64,000 nucleotides of DNA from an uncultured Desulfarculus sp. (lineage in GTDB: Bacteria; Desulfobacterota; Desulfarculia; Desulfarculales; Desulfarculaceae): positions 3,328,001-3,392,000 of the forward strand of contig CAXXUK010000001.1 of assembly GCA_963665125.2 (NCBI GenBank). The letters are read 5' to 3'. Positions 49,077-59,213 of the stretch are shown piece after piece. Position numbers and translations under genes: made by a program. The notes under the pieces were generated by a model, which saw only the letters and a list, made by a program, of their open reading frames with translations, was not told where the DNA came from and ran no database searches. Each line of letters begins with the position of its first letter. The stretch's first letter is position 1.

Positions 49077-49898
49077 ATGCTTCTGATCGAAGACTTGCAG
49101 GTCGAACTTTCCGGAAAGACCCTGCTCAGGCACATTGACCTGGAGATAAAACCAGGCGAAACCCACATCCTGTTCGGCCCCAACGGCTCGGGCAAAACCT
49201 CTCTGCTGATGACCATCATGGGCATGCCCGGCTATATCGTCAAAGGCGGCCACATCATCTTCAAGGGCGAGGACATCACCTATTGGCCCATTCACGAACG
49301 GGCCAAACTGGGCATCGGCATGGCCTTCCAGCGCCCGCCGACCATCAACGGCCTCAAGACCCGGCAGATGGTGGACATCTGCGCCCAGGGCAGGGATGTC
49401 GACGTCCAGACCCTGGCCGACGAAGTCAATTTCGGCGATTTCCTTGACCGTGAACTAAACGCCGGTTTTTCCGGCGGCGAGATAAAACGCTCCGAACTGT
49501 TGCAGCTCAAGGCCCAGAATCCGGATTTGATGCTCTTTGACGAACCGGAGTCGGGCGTGGACATGGAAAACATGCACCTGGTGGGCGAGACCATCGCCTC
49601 GCTATTGCAAAAGGACAACGCCCAGCACCCCCACGAGGGCGGACCGATCATTGACCGCCGAAAAAAGCGCACCAAGATGGGCCTGATCATCACCCACACC
49701 GGCTATGTCCTGGACTACCTGGAGGCCGACAGCGGTCACGTGCTGTTCAACGGGATATTGTCCTGCGCCTCCATACCCAGGGAGATCATGCGCTGCGTTG
49801 AGCTAAACGGCTATGAAGAGTGCGTCAACTGCATGATGCCCGCGGCCCATGTGCTCGAAAGCCTCAACGAAAGCCTCAAGGACGGCCTCAACGACTGA
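49077..49898 (+). CDS. sufC: SufC-like Fe-S assembly ATPase
   Basis: GPNGSGKT, GFSGGEIKRSE, DEPESGVD, IITH; C-terminal CVNC. Confidence 0.85.
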   Translation: MLLIEDLQVELSGKTLLRHIDLEIKPGETHILFGPNGSGKTSLLMTIMGMPGYIVKGGHIIFKGEDITYWPIHERAKLGIGMAFQRPPTINGLKTRQMVDICAQGRDVDVQTLADEVNFGDFLDRELNAGFSGGEIKRSELLQLKAQNPDLMLFDEPESGVDMENMHLVGETIASLLQKDNAQHPHEGGPIIDRRKKRTKMGLIITHTGYVLDYLEADSGHVLFNGILSCASIPREIMRCVELNGYEECVNCMMPAAHVLESLNESLKDGLND

Positions 49899-49924
49899 CC
49901 AAATCCGCTCCAAGGATAGTTGAT

Positions 49925-51151
49925 ATGTTTATCGACCAGGAACTCAAAGCCAAGGCCCAGGCGGCCAAAGACAAGGTCGCGGCCATTGGCAACGACATAG
50001 ACCTGAGCATGTTTCGCAGCGACGCCCCCACCGATGACACGGCCACCTGCGGCCCGCTCCAGGACCTGCCCGGCCAGCAGCTAGAAGACATGCTGATGGC
50101 CGGCGTGGATGTAAACAACCAAGAGCGCGGCGGCACCTTCATCATGAAGGATTCGCACACCATGCACTGCTCGGTGCAGCAGGACGGCCTGGAGGTCATC
50201 CCCATCCGTCAGGCCCTGGAGCACCACCCCTGGGTCAAGGGCTATTACTGGAACCTGGCCAGCCCGGACACCGACAAATACACCGCCGCGGTGGCCCTTG
50301 ACCTGCACGACGGCTATGTGATCCGGGCCCTGCCGGGCAGTAAAAGCGTCTATCCGCTCCAGGCCTGCCTGTACATGGACCAGGACAACAGCCAGCAGCA
50401 CGTGCACAACATCATCGTCGTCGAGGAAGGCGCCGAACTGCACATGATCTCCGGCTGCGCCACCAGCCCCAACATCAAAAAAGGTGTGCACATCGGCGTA
50501 AACGAATTTTACATCGGCAAAAACGCCAAGCTCTCCTTCACCATGATCCACAACTGGGGCGAAAGCGTGGCCGTGCGGCCCAGGTCCTACACCAAGGTCT
50601 ACGAAGGCGGCCAGTTCATCAGCAACTATGTCTGCATGAAACCGGTCCACGACCTGCAGATGTACCCCACCTGCCATCTCGACGGAAAGGATGCCGTGGG
50701 CCGCTTCTACTCGATTCTGGTGGGCACGCCCCAGACCAACATCGACGCCGGCGGACGGGTCATCCTCAACGAGCCCGGCTGCCGGGCCGAAATCGTCAGC
50801 CGAGCCATCACCAACGGCGGCAAGATCATGGCCAGGGGCCATCTGGTGGGCAAGGCCCCGGATATCAAGGCCCACCTGGAATGCCGGGGCCTGATCCTGG
50901 GCGGCGGGGCCATGCTGGCCGAACCCCAGCTCGACGGCTATGTGGACGGTGTGGAAATGAGCCACGAGGCCGCCGTGGGCAAGATCGCCCAGGATGAAAT
51001 CAACTACCTGATGACCAGGGGCCTTGACGAGGACGAAGCGACCTCCACAATCGTCCGCGGCTTTTTAAGCGTCGATATCCCCGGCCTGCCGCCCCAGCTC
51101 CAGGCCGAGATCGACAAGGCCGTCAACGCCACCGACGAACACGGCATGTAG
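49925..51151 (+). CDS. sufB: SufB/SufD-family Fe-S scaffold
   Basis: HNIIVVEEGAE, QMYP, HLECRGL, SHEAAVGKI, YLMTRGL. Confidence 0.85.
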   Translation: MFIDQELKAKAQAAKDKVAAIGNDIDLSMFRSDAPTDDTATCGPLQDLPGQQLEDMLMAGVDVNNQERGGTFIMKDSHTMHCSVQQDGLEVIPIRQALEHHPWVKGYYWNLASPDTDKYTAAVALDLHDGYVIRALPGSKSVYPLQACLYMDQDNSQQHVHNIIVVEEGAELHMISGCATSPNIKKGVHIGVNEFYIGKNAKLSFTMIHNWGESVAVRPRSYTKVYEGGQFISNYVCMKPVHDLQMYPTCHLDGKDAVGRFYSILVGTPQTNIDAGGRVILNEPGCRAEIVSRAITNGGKIMARGHLVGKAPDIKAHLECRGLILGGGAMLAEPQLDGYVDGVEMSHEAAVGKIAQDEINYLMTRGLDEDEATSTIVRGFLSVDIPGLPPQLQAEIDKAVNATDEHGM

Positions 51152-51174
51152 CTGTTATTACCAGCATTCTTCTT

Positions 51175-51219
51175 TGGGCGACCCTTTTACTTTACAGCCA
51201 TAAGTAAAAGGGTCGCCCA
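51175..51219. terminator. 18-bp stem hairpin after sufB
   Basis: TGGGCGACCCTTTTACTT ... AAGTAAAAGGGTCGCCCA. Confidence 0.6.
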
Positions 51220-51464
51220 CACCCCGCGCAATGTCTGCGCCGCCATATCCATGACAGCACCCGGCGCCCGGCCACGTTCCGGCCACGGCCTGGCCAATAC
51301 GCGCCACGGGCCTGCGCGACCCCCATTACTATTGTTAACCTTTACGGTATGAATTAACGCGTTAACCCAACATTAACATACACCTGCAAACACTGTTGCT
51401 TCTTCCAAATACAGTATTTCCCATTATTTTAGTCACATATGTATTGATCGGCGACATCGGGCTG

Positions 51465-51480
51465 TGGCACGCTAATTGTA
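51465..51480 (+). promoter_or_regulatory. Sigma54 promoter (-24/-12)
   Basis: TGGCAC-GCTAA-TTGTA upstream of the octaheme cytochrome. Confidence 0.55.
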
Positions 51481-51608
51481 TCTACCGCATCGCTATGTTT
51501 TTTAGTTAGTTGGACATAAACAGACCCGGATCATTTCAACTCTTAGCTGATCAACGTTCGCATGAGCCACGCGGCATGCGAGGTTTCGGTAGAGGGAGGA
51601 AGCGTCAT

Positions 51609-53218
51609 ATGGGCAAACGAGGCATTGTTCTGGCGGGCCTGGCCGCGCTGTTGGCGCTGGCGGTTGGCTCGGCGGCCACGGCGGCCGAACAAAAGGATCA
51701 TCCCTTGCCCGGCCAGCGATGGATTACGGCGGACCACAGCAAATTTGAAGAGCTGAAAAAGCCGTTCACCAGCGGCCCGGAAGTGACCAAGGCCTGCCTT
51801 AGCTGCCACAACGAGGCGGGCAAGCAGGTCATGCAGACCATCCACTGGACATGGATGTGCCCCAAGGCCCCGCCCGAGGCCAAGCTGGGCAAGGGCGGCT
51901 GGGTGGTCAACAACTTCTGCATCGCCCTGCCTTCCAATGAACCGCGCTGCACCTCCTGCCACGCCGGTTACGGCTGGAAGGACAAGACCTTCGACTTCAG
52001 CGACGAGACCAAGATCGACTGTCTGGTCTGCCACGAGCAGACCGGCACCTATAAAAAATTCCCGGCAGGCGCGGGCAACCCGGCCAAGGAGCCCACGGTC
52101 TTCCCGGGCAACAAGAAAACATACAACCCGCCGGACTGGAACAAGGTGGCCCAGAGCGTCCACCGGCCCACCCGGCGCAACTGCGGCACCTGCCACTTTT
52201 TCGGCGGCGGCGGCGACGGCGTCAAGCACGGCGACCTGGACTCGTCCATGTTCAAACCGGACAAGAAGCTCGACGTGCACATGGACGCGGCGGGCAAGGA
52301 CTTCTCCTGCACCCGCTGCCACACCACCGTGGTGCACAAGATCAGCGGCCGCTGTTACAAGACCCCGGCCGCGGAGAAGCTCGTCACCCTGGCCCAGGAC
52401 GACCAGGTTTCGCGCATCACCTGCGTTTCGTGCCACACCGAAAAGCCCCACAAGCCCGGCGTGAAGGCCAACGACCACACCGACAAGGTGGCTTGCCAGA
52501 CCTGCCATATACCGGAGTTCGCCCGCAAGCTGCCCACCAAGATGTATTGGGACTGGTCCACGGCGGGCAAAATGAACGCCGAGGGCAAGCCCTTTGCCAC
52601 GATGGAAGAAGTCGGCGGGGTCAAGCGGCCGGTTTATGACACCAAAAAAGGCAACTTCATCTGGAAAACCAATGTCAGGCCGGTCTACAAGTGGTTCAAC
52701 GGCTCCATTGAAAACGTGATGCTGACCACGCCCATCGACCCCAACCAGCCTGTGGTTCTGACCAAGGTCCACGGCGAGCCCGGCGATCCAGGGCGAGGAT
52801 ATATCCCTTCAAGGAGCACCGGGGCAAGACCCCCTACGACGCCGGACGCAAGCGCATGGCCGTTCCCCATCTGTTCGGCAAGGACGGCACCGCCTATTGG
52901 AAAAACTTCGACTGGAAGAAGTCCCTGTCCGCCGGACAGGAATATGTGGGCCTGCCTTTCAGCGGCGAAGTGGGGTTCGTGGATACGGTCTATTATTTCC
53001 AGACCACCCACCAGGTCGCGCCCAAGGACAATGTGCTGGCCTGCGCCCAGTGCCACACCGCGCCGGAAAACAGCCGCATGGCCGGTATCGACGGCGTGTA
53101 CGTGCCGGGCCGCGACAGCGCTCCCTGGCTGAATTACCTTGGCTGGGGCGCCGTATTGGCCGCCATTATCGGCGTGTTGCTGCACGGCCTGGGCCGCGCT
53201 GTATTGCGCAAGAAATAG
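51609..53218 (+). CDS. Octaheme c-type cytochrome, tetrathionate-reductase (OTR)-like family; split by a 1-nt frameshift near 52791
   Basis: Signal peptide; seven CxxCH in the first frame and an eighth (CAQCH) plus C-terminal TM in the second frame. Confidence 0.85.
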
Positions 53219-53233
53219 CAAAGGCAGGCGAAA

Positions 53234-53848
53234 ATGACCAACGACCTGAAAAAAGTGTATATGTACTCCCGCTTCGAGCGGTTTTGGCACTGGGCTCAGG
53301 CCCTGCTGATAATCGTCCTGGGCATAACCGGCTTCGAGATCCACGGCTCGTACACCCTGATGGGCTTCGATACGGCCCACGACGTGCACGAGTTCTGCGC
53401 CTGGAGCTGGTTCGTGCTGTATGCCTTTGTCATCTTCTGGATGGCCACCACCGGCGAGTGGCGGCAATACATCCCCACCACCAAGCGCATGCTCGACGTG
53501 TGCGTGTATTACGGGGTGGGCATCTTCCAGGGCAAGGATCATCCCGTACCCAAAACCGAGCGCATCAAGCACAACCCCTTGCAGCGCATGACCTATCTGG
53601 GCATCTCGGTAATCATCATCCCGGCCCAGATGATCACCGGCTTCTTGTTCCTGTTCTACAACGACTGGCCGGCCTGGGGCTGGTCCGGTTTCCTGAACCT
53701 CAACGTGGTGGCCCTGTTGCACACCATCGGCGCCTTTGGTTTTGTGGTCTTCCTGGTGGTGCATATCTACATGACCACCACCGGCCACACCGTGGGCGCG
53801 CATATGAAGGCCATGATCACGGGGTATGAAGATGTAAAGGAATGCTGA
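53234..53848 (+). CDS. Membrane cytochrome b subunit
   Basis: RFWHW, AHDVH, HNPLQR..Y, LLH...VHIY heme-ligand His residues. Confidence 0.88.
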   Translation: MTNDLKKVYMYSRFERFWHWAQALLIIVLGITGFEIHGSYTLMGFDTAHDVHEFCAWSWFVLYAFVIFWMATTGEWRQYIPTTKRMLDVCVYYGVGIFQGKDHPVPKTERIKHNPLQRMTYLGISVIIIPAQMITGFLFLFYNDWPAWGWSGFLNLNVVALLHTIGAFGFVVFLVVHIYMTTTGHTVGAHMKAMITGYEDVKEC

Positions 53849-53878
53849 ACACGCCTCTGTTCGGCGATGCATAGCGCC

Positions 53879-53912
53879 AAGGCCCCGCAGGTCACCCCCC
53901 GGGGCCTTTTTT
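53879..53912 (+). terminator. Intrinsic terminator
   Basis: AAGGCCCCG ... CGGGGCCTTTTTT. Confidence 0.65.
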
Positions 53913-53937
53913 GCGTCTTCAGCCGCCGCACCCATTT

Positions 53938-54462
53938 CTATTCCGGCAGGCTGTAATGAACCTCCCGGTGGCATTTGCCCGTGTGATGCATCAGGCAGCG
54001 GGAATCCGCCGGTTCCATGTGCGCCTTCAGGCCCAATGCCCTCAGCCAGGCGACAATACGCTCGAGAATACCGCACTGGTATTCAGCGGCGCAGCCCATC
54101 ATCTCCATGCCCTGGTGGGCGAAGCAGCTCTGCATGTCCATGACCAGGACCCCCGGTTTCATTTCCCAATCAAAGCTCATGAAATCGCCGATCTGCACGC
54201 TGATGCCTTGGGTCAACAATTTGCGGATCGATTCGTGGCTGTTAATGTTTTCAATACCCAAAACCTTGCTGACCCGCTTGATCTCGATGGGCGCCATGGC
54301 CTTGATGGCGGCGAGGTTCAGCTTGTTTGCCGTCTCAATGCCGCACTCGCCCAACACCTGCATGAACCACATGCCGTCATGGGTCATCCAGCCGCGTGTG
54401 AGCAATTGTTTCAACTGCTCCAAATCGACTCCCTCGGGACACCCCTTGCCGTCAAAATGCAT
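53938..54462 (-). CDS. Conserved protein (DUF6125/V4R-like, Cys-containing)
   Basis: WMTHDGMWF motif; C-terminal cysteines. Confidence 0.6.
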   Translation of the reverse strand: MHFDGKGCPEGVDLEQLKQLLTRGWMTHDGMWFMQVLGECGIETANKLNLAAIKAMAPIEIKRVSKVLGIENINSHESIRKLLTQGISVQIGDFMSFDWEMKPGVLVMDMQSCFAHQGMEMMGCAAEYQCGILERIVAWLRALGLKAHMEPADSRCLMHHTGKCHREVHYSLPE

Positions 54463-54499
54463 TTTGGTTTTCCTTTCGCAACCGCTTGTATTGGTCCGC

Positions 54500-55309
54500 T
54501 TAGATCGCTGCGTAGCGGCCGGTGATCACCGGCCGGTCGTTGCCCATTGTCATCAGGTCAAACCGGCCTCCTTCACCCACTGTAAGGTTCACATCCTGAC
54601 CGTAGAACACCGGCCCTTTCAGAGCGGCATCCAGCCGGAAAATCCGGCCGGCTGAACCGTTGACCAGCCGCCATAGGCAATGGGCCAATAAGGGTTGGGA
54701 ATGGCTGTACATGTCGGTGAAACCACGCAGTCTGGCATAACGTCTGGAGGTGTGTATGCCGTTATAATCGCCGGAGAGCCGGGCAAAACGCCAGCCGTTT
54801 TGGTGCATGGCCCACTGTCCCAGGCTTTGACCCGGGCCGATTGGTTCGAATTCGGCCGACCTTGATTTCGGCTCCACGGATCCGCCGTGTTTGACGGGAA
54901 AGAAGTAGGCGCACGAGTTGGCCCACACCGGCCGGTTGTCGGCAAGGGCGTTGGAGCAGACATCCACCTCCACTCCCTTCGGCGCCAGGCGAAAAGCGGT
55001 TATACCCGTGCGCAATTCCAGGGCGCGGTCCAGGGGGATCGCCTTCAGCAGGGAGATGTGGTTGCGCACCTGGAACATGGTGTGGGCCTTCAGGGGTATC
55101 TCGGCGTGCGTCAACAGGTGCAGATGATGGGCAAAGCAAAGGCAGTGCAGCCAAATGGCGTCCAATTCATGGGTCGGCTCCAGGCCGCAGGTCCGGGCAA
55201 AGGCACCTGATCTGGCCCCGCCGATCATCAGGTTGGCCTGCCGGGAACAAAGATGCGAAACGTTCGCGCACTCATCAAGAGACTGCCGAGGCATGACCAA
55301 CGACTTCAT
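54500..55309 (-). CDS. MaoC-like (double hotdog) acyl dehydratase
   Basis: FARLSGDYNGIH...GF, KGPVF; GGAG RBS before ATG 55309. Confidence 0.8.
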   Translation of the reverse strand: MKSLVMPRQSLDECANVSHLCSRQANLMIGGARSGAFARTCGLEPTHELDAIWLHCLCFAHHLHLLTHAEIPLKAHTMFQVRNHISLLKAIPLDRALELRTGITAFRLAPKGVEVDVCSNALADNRPVWANSCAYFFPVKHGGSVEPKSRSAEFEPIGPGQSLGQWAMHQNGWRFARLSGDYNGIHTSRRYARLRGFTDMYSHSQPLLAHCLWRLVNGSAGRIFRLDAALKGPVFYGQDVNLTVGEGGRFDLMTMGNDRPVITGRYAAI

Positions 55310-55387
55310 CAGGGAGGCTCCGGTGGACGGGCTTTGTCTCAGGTTGATGACTCCGGAGTTCTCATAGTTATGATACCTTGTTTCGTT

Positions 55388-55405
55388 TAGTTTGATATCA
55401 AACAA
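55388..55405. promoter_or_regulatory. Probable MarR operator upstream of the MaoC-like gene
   Basis: TAGTTT-GATATC-AAACAA, same form as the site at 55886. Confidence 0.6.
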
Positions 55406-55420
55406 TAACATGAAAAAAAA

Positions 55421-55852
55421 TTACTCCAGATTGCGGTTGATCCTGGCCAGCAATTCGGCCAGCATTAGTTTTTCAGCCTCGGAAAACCCCTTGTACACCG
55501 TTTCCATGAATTGATTGCCGATGTCTTTGAACTGCCCTATCATTTCCATGGTCTTTCCCGTGGGGCTGACGATGATCACCCGGCTGTCGTCAGGGTCCTT
55601 GGCCAAGGTCAGATATTCCAATTCCTCCAAACGATGCACCATGCCGGAAAGCGTTGATTTATCACGATCAATGGCAGCGGCAAGGTTTTTCATGGGCATG
55701 GGCCCGCCCCGCATGAGAGCCACCAGCAAATCACCGTGACTGGGCGCCAAATCCGTAAAACCCCGTTGTTTCAACTGGTCGGCCAGGTACCTGTGGACCC
55801 GTTCGCGAAAGCGCGAACACAGGGCAGGTACGTTCATGGGTGTTACTTGCAT
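55421..55852 (-). CDS. MarR-family regulator
   Basis: LAPSHGDLL, DKSTL, DPDDSR. Confidence 0.9.
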   Translation of the reverse strand: MQVTPMNVPALCSRFRERVHRYLADQLKQRGFTDLAPSHGDLLVALMRGGPMPMKNLAAAIDRDKSTLSGMVHRLEELEYLTLAKDPDDSRVIIVSPTGKTMEMIGQFKDIGNQFMETVYKGFSEAEKLMLAELLARINRNLE

Positions 55853-55885
55853 TGATTACTCTCATTGCTTAGACGCCTTGGAACC

Positions 55886-55911
55886 AATATAGTTTTATTA
55901 AAAACTATATT
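55886..55911. promoter_or_regulatory. Probable MarR autoregulatory operator
   Basis: Perfect inverted repeat AATATAGTTTT-ATTA-AAAACTATATT. Confidence 0.65.
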
Positions 55912-56057
55912 CAAGCCTTTTTCATTCCATGGAAAACTTCAGACCGCGCTTCTGGTGGCTTAACAGCATGAATGCCAAGCTGCTACAATTTATAGATGAT
56001 ATCACATTTCTTTCAAGTTCCTGGCATTCACGGTCTGGCTGATCCGGAGGAGGGAAC

Positions 56058-59000
56058 ATGCAATTTCCGCGAATAGACATACTAATCATCGAAGACGACA
56101 AATTTGCCAGGGAAGCCGTGATCGACAACTTGAACTCTCTTGACAACTTTGCATTCAACATCAAGCAGGCGGGAAACCTGGCCGATGGGCTTACGGTTCT
56201 ACGCGGATATGATTTTCAGGCGATAGTCCTGGATCTCAATCTGCCGGACTCTCTGGGCCTGGATACGTTGATAAGCATTAAGTCAAATGCTCCCAATACC
56301 CCCGTAGTCGTCCTGACAGGCGAAGTCGGATCGGATATCGCCCTGAGAGCCTTGGAAATAGGTGCCGAAGAGTTTGTCGAAAAAAGATTTTTGGCAGGCC
56401 CCTTGTTGGCCCGAACCATCCATTTCGCCATTGAGCGGAAAAAAGCCGCCGCCAAGATTCAATTTGAAAAGGCCCAAAAGGAACTGATTCTGGACAACCT
56501 CTATGAGCGCGTTTTGCTCGTGGACAAGGACCTGAATCTGCTATGGGCCAACCGGTCATCCCGGCGCGACGCCATTGAAGACCTTGAAAAGGGCATCGGC
56601 CGCCCATGCAGGGATTTTTGGGGACGCGATGATCATTTTTGCAATGATTGCATTCTGTTCGAAGTGATCAAAACGGGCGCCCCAAAGACAATCGAAATCG
56701 AATCCCCAAGCGGCAGAACATTCTTCATCTCTGGTACGCCCGTGCACGACAACAACGACAATCTGATGGGAGCAGTTGAAGTATCCCTGGAAACCACGCA
56801 GCTTAAAATGGCGGAAAAAGCCCTCAGGGAAAGCAATTTCCGCTATGAGCAACTATTAAATAACGCCGTGGATATCATCTACAACGTCGATAAGGAAGGG
56901 TACTTCACCTTTGTAAACAAAGCCGTGGAAAAGATCCTGGGCTACACACCGGAGGAACTTATAGGAACCCATTCCCGCGATTATCAAGGGGGCGATCAAT
57001 ACCGGCAATCTCTTCGGAATAATCGAGATCAATTCTCCTCAGGAAAGACAAAAACCTACGCCGAATTCCCGGTGATGTCAAAAAACGGAAACGTGGTCTG
57101 GCTCGGACAGAATTTGTGGCAGGTCCAAGACGAGGACGGAACCATTGCCTATCAGGCAATTGCCCGGGATATCACTGATTTAAAAAACACACGCAACGCC
57201 TTGGAAGCGGCCTACATGCACATGGAAGACCGTATCCGCCAGCGCACGGCCCAGCTGGAAGAGGCAAAGAAACAATGGGAAAGGACCTTTGACGCGGTTC
57301 CGGACCGCCTGGCCATTATTGACAAAGGCCATCGCCTGATAAGGCTCAACAAGGCAATGGCCGACGCAATGGGTGGCAAATTCACTGATTTTATCGGCAA
57401 GCGATGCATTGATCTCCCGGTATGCAGCAACAAAGATACTGATAATTGCCCCCACGCCTTGCTGATGAGGGACCAGCAGCCCCACACCATTGAGACCTTT
57501 GACCCCCAAAAAGACGAGACTCTTTCCATCACGGCCGCGCCACTGTTTGATAACGACGGCGCGCTTATCGGCTGCGTGCATGTCTCCAGGGATATCAGCG
57601 GCACCAAAAGAGCGGAAAAAGCATTGCAGGAACAGTTGAACTTTCAACAAAAGCTGATGGACACCATCCCCAACCCCATTTTCTTCAAAGATGAAAACGG
57701 CGTGTACATGGGCTGCAACAGCGCGTTTGAAAACCTGATAGGCCTGCCCCGACACCAGATAATCGGCAAGTCAGTGTTTGACCTGTGGGATAGTGACCAA
57801 GCCGAGACATACCATGAGCAGGACATCTGGCTGTATCAGAACCCCGGGACGCAATTGTTTGAAACTCAACTGCTAAACGCCAACGGCGATATCCGCGATG
57901 TCATTTTCAACAAGGCCGCCTACTTTGACGCCTCGGGAAACGTAGCCGGGCTGGTCGGCATCATCGCCGACATAACCGAGCGCCGCGATGCCGAGCGGGA
58001 GCTGGCCTTCAGCGAGGAACGCTACCGCACATTGGTGGAATCGTTGTCCGAGGGCCTGATCATAGTTGACCCAAAGCTCAATATCGTTTTTGCCAACAAA
58101 CGGTTCGTTGAAATGGTCGCCGCCGATGAAAAAGAAATAACAAAAATGAACATGACTGAATTTTTGGATGAAGAAAACAAAAAGATCGTCGCGGAGCAGT
58201 ACGAGAGGCGCCGCCAGGGAGCCTCCGACACCTATGAAGCGGCCCTTTCCGCCCTTGACGGCGCTGTCATAAATGCCCTTATTTCTCCTAAACCGATTTT
58301 TGATTCTAAAAACCAATTCAAGGGGTCCTACGCCCTGGTCACCGATATAACCGAAAGAAAGAAATTGGAAAGCCAATTGGTCCAGGCCCAAAAACTGGAA
58401 TCAATCGGCCAACTCGCGGCGGGCATAGCCCATGAAATCAATACGCCCACCCAGTACGTCCTCAGCAACACCAGATTTTTGGAAGGCGCCTTCAACGAGT
58501 TGTCCCAATTAATGAACTCCTACGCCAAGCTGGCCGAAGCCGCTGAAAAGAGCCCGGACCTTGCCGAAGCGGCCGGGCAGGTTAAAGAGCTCGCCGAGGA
58601 ATTGGACCTCGAGTTCCTGACCGAAGAAATCCCCAAGGCCATCGAGGCGGACGTTGAAGGCCTTGAACGAATCGCCAAGATAGTCGGCTCCATGAAGGCC
58701 TTTGCCCATCCCGGAGCAGAGGAGCTCAGCCCCACCGACCTCAACAAGGCCATTGAAAACACGGTTACGGTGGCCCGAAACGAGTGGAAATACGTGGCCG
58801 ATGTGGAGTTTGATTTGGACCCGGCCATGCCGCTGGTGCCGTGCTTGGCCGCCGAATTGAATCAAGTCTTTCTCAACATCATAGTTAACGCCGCCCAGGC
58901 CATCGGCGAAGTGGTCCGGGAAGGCGCCGAGTCAAAGGGCAAAATCAACATTACAACTTCCTATGACGCTGATGCGGCCCGGATAAGCATCAAGGACGAC

Positions 59001-59213
59001 GGCCCTGGCATTCCCGAAGAAATTCAGAACAGAGTATTTGACCCGTTCTTTACGACAAAGGAGCTGGGCAAGGGCACCGGCCAGGGCCTGGCAATCGCCT
59101 ATAGGGTGGTGGCCGAACAGCACAAGGGAAACATCCAGATCATCAGCAAACCGGGAGAAGGAACCGAGTTTCTCATCCAGATACCATTTGTAAGACGGGG
59201 GGGGCATGAATGA
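56058..59213 (+). CDS. Cytoplasmic hybrid histidine kinase (REC, five PAS, HisKA, HATPase)
   Basis: LDLNLPDS, repeated PAS/PAC, AHEINTP, GTGQGL. Confidence 0.92.
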   Translation: MQFPRIDILIIEDDKFAREAVIDNLNSLDNFAFNIKQAGNLADGLTVLRGYDFQAIVLDLNLPDSLGLDTLISIKSNAPNTPVVVLTGEVGSDIALRALEIGAEEFVEKRFLAGPLLARTIHFAIERKKAAAKIQFEKAQKELILDNLYERVLLVDKDLNLLWANRSSRRDAIEDLEKGIGRPCRDFWGRDDHFCNDCILFEVIKTGAPKTIEIESPSGRTFFISGTPVHDNNDNLMGAVEVSLETTQLKMAEKALRESNFRYEQLLNNAVDIIYNVDKEGYFTFVNKAVEKILGYTPEELIGTHSRDYQGGDQYRQSLRNNRDQFSSGKTKTYAEFPVMSKNGNVVWLGQNLWQVQDEDGTIAYQAIARDITDLKNTRNALEAAYMHMEDRIRQRTAQLEEAKKQWERTFDAVPDRLAIIDKGHRLIRLNKAMADAMGGKFTDFIGKRCIDLPVCSNKDTDNCPHALLMRDQQPHTIETFDPQKDETLSITAAPLFDNDGALIGCVHVSRDISGTKRAEKALQEQLNFQQKLMDTIPNPIFFKDENGVYMGCNSAFENLIGLPRHQIIGKSVFDLWDSDQAETYHEQDIWLYQNPGTQLFETQLLNANGDIRDVIFNKAAYFDASGNVAGLVGIIADITERRDAERELAFSEERYRTLVESLSEGLIIVDPKLNIVFANKRFVEMVAADEKEITKMNMTEFLDEENKKIVAEQYERRRQGASDTYEAALSALDGAVINALISPKPIFDSKNQFKGSYALVTDITERKKLESQLVQAQKLESIGQLAAGIAHEINTPTQYVLSNTRFLEGAFNELSQLMNSYAKLAEAAEKSPDLAEAAGQVKELAEELDLEFLTEEIPKAIEADVEGLERIAKIVGSMKAFAHPGAEELSPTDLNKAIENTVTVARNEWKYVADVEFDLDPAMPLVPCLAAELNQVFLNIIVNAAQAIGEVVREGAESKGKINITTSYDADAARISIKDDGPGIPEEIQNRVFDPFFTTKELGKGTGQGLAIAYRVVAEQHKGNIQIISKPGEGTEFLIQIPFVRRGGHE

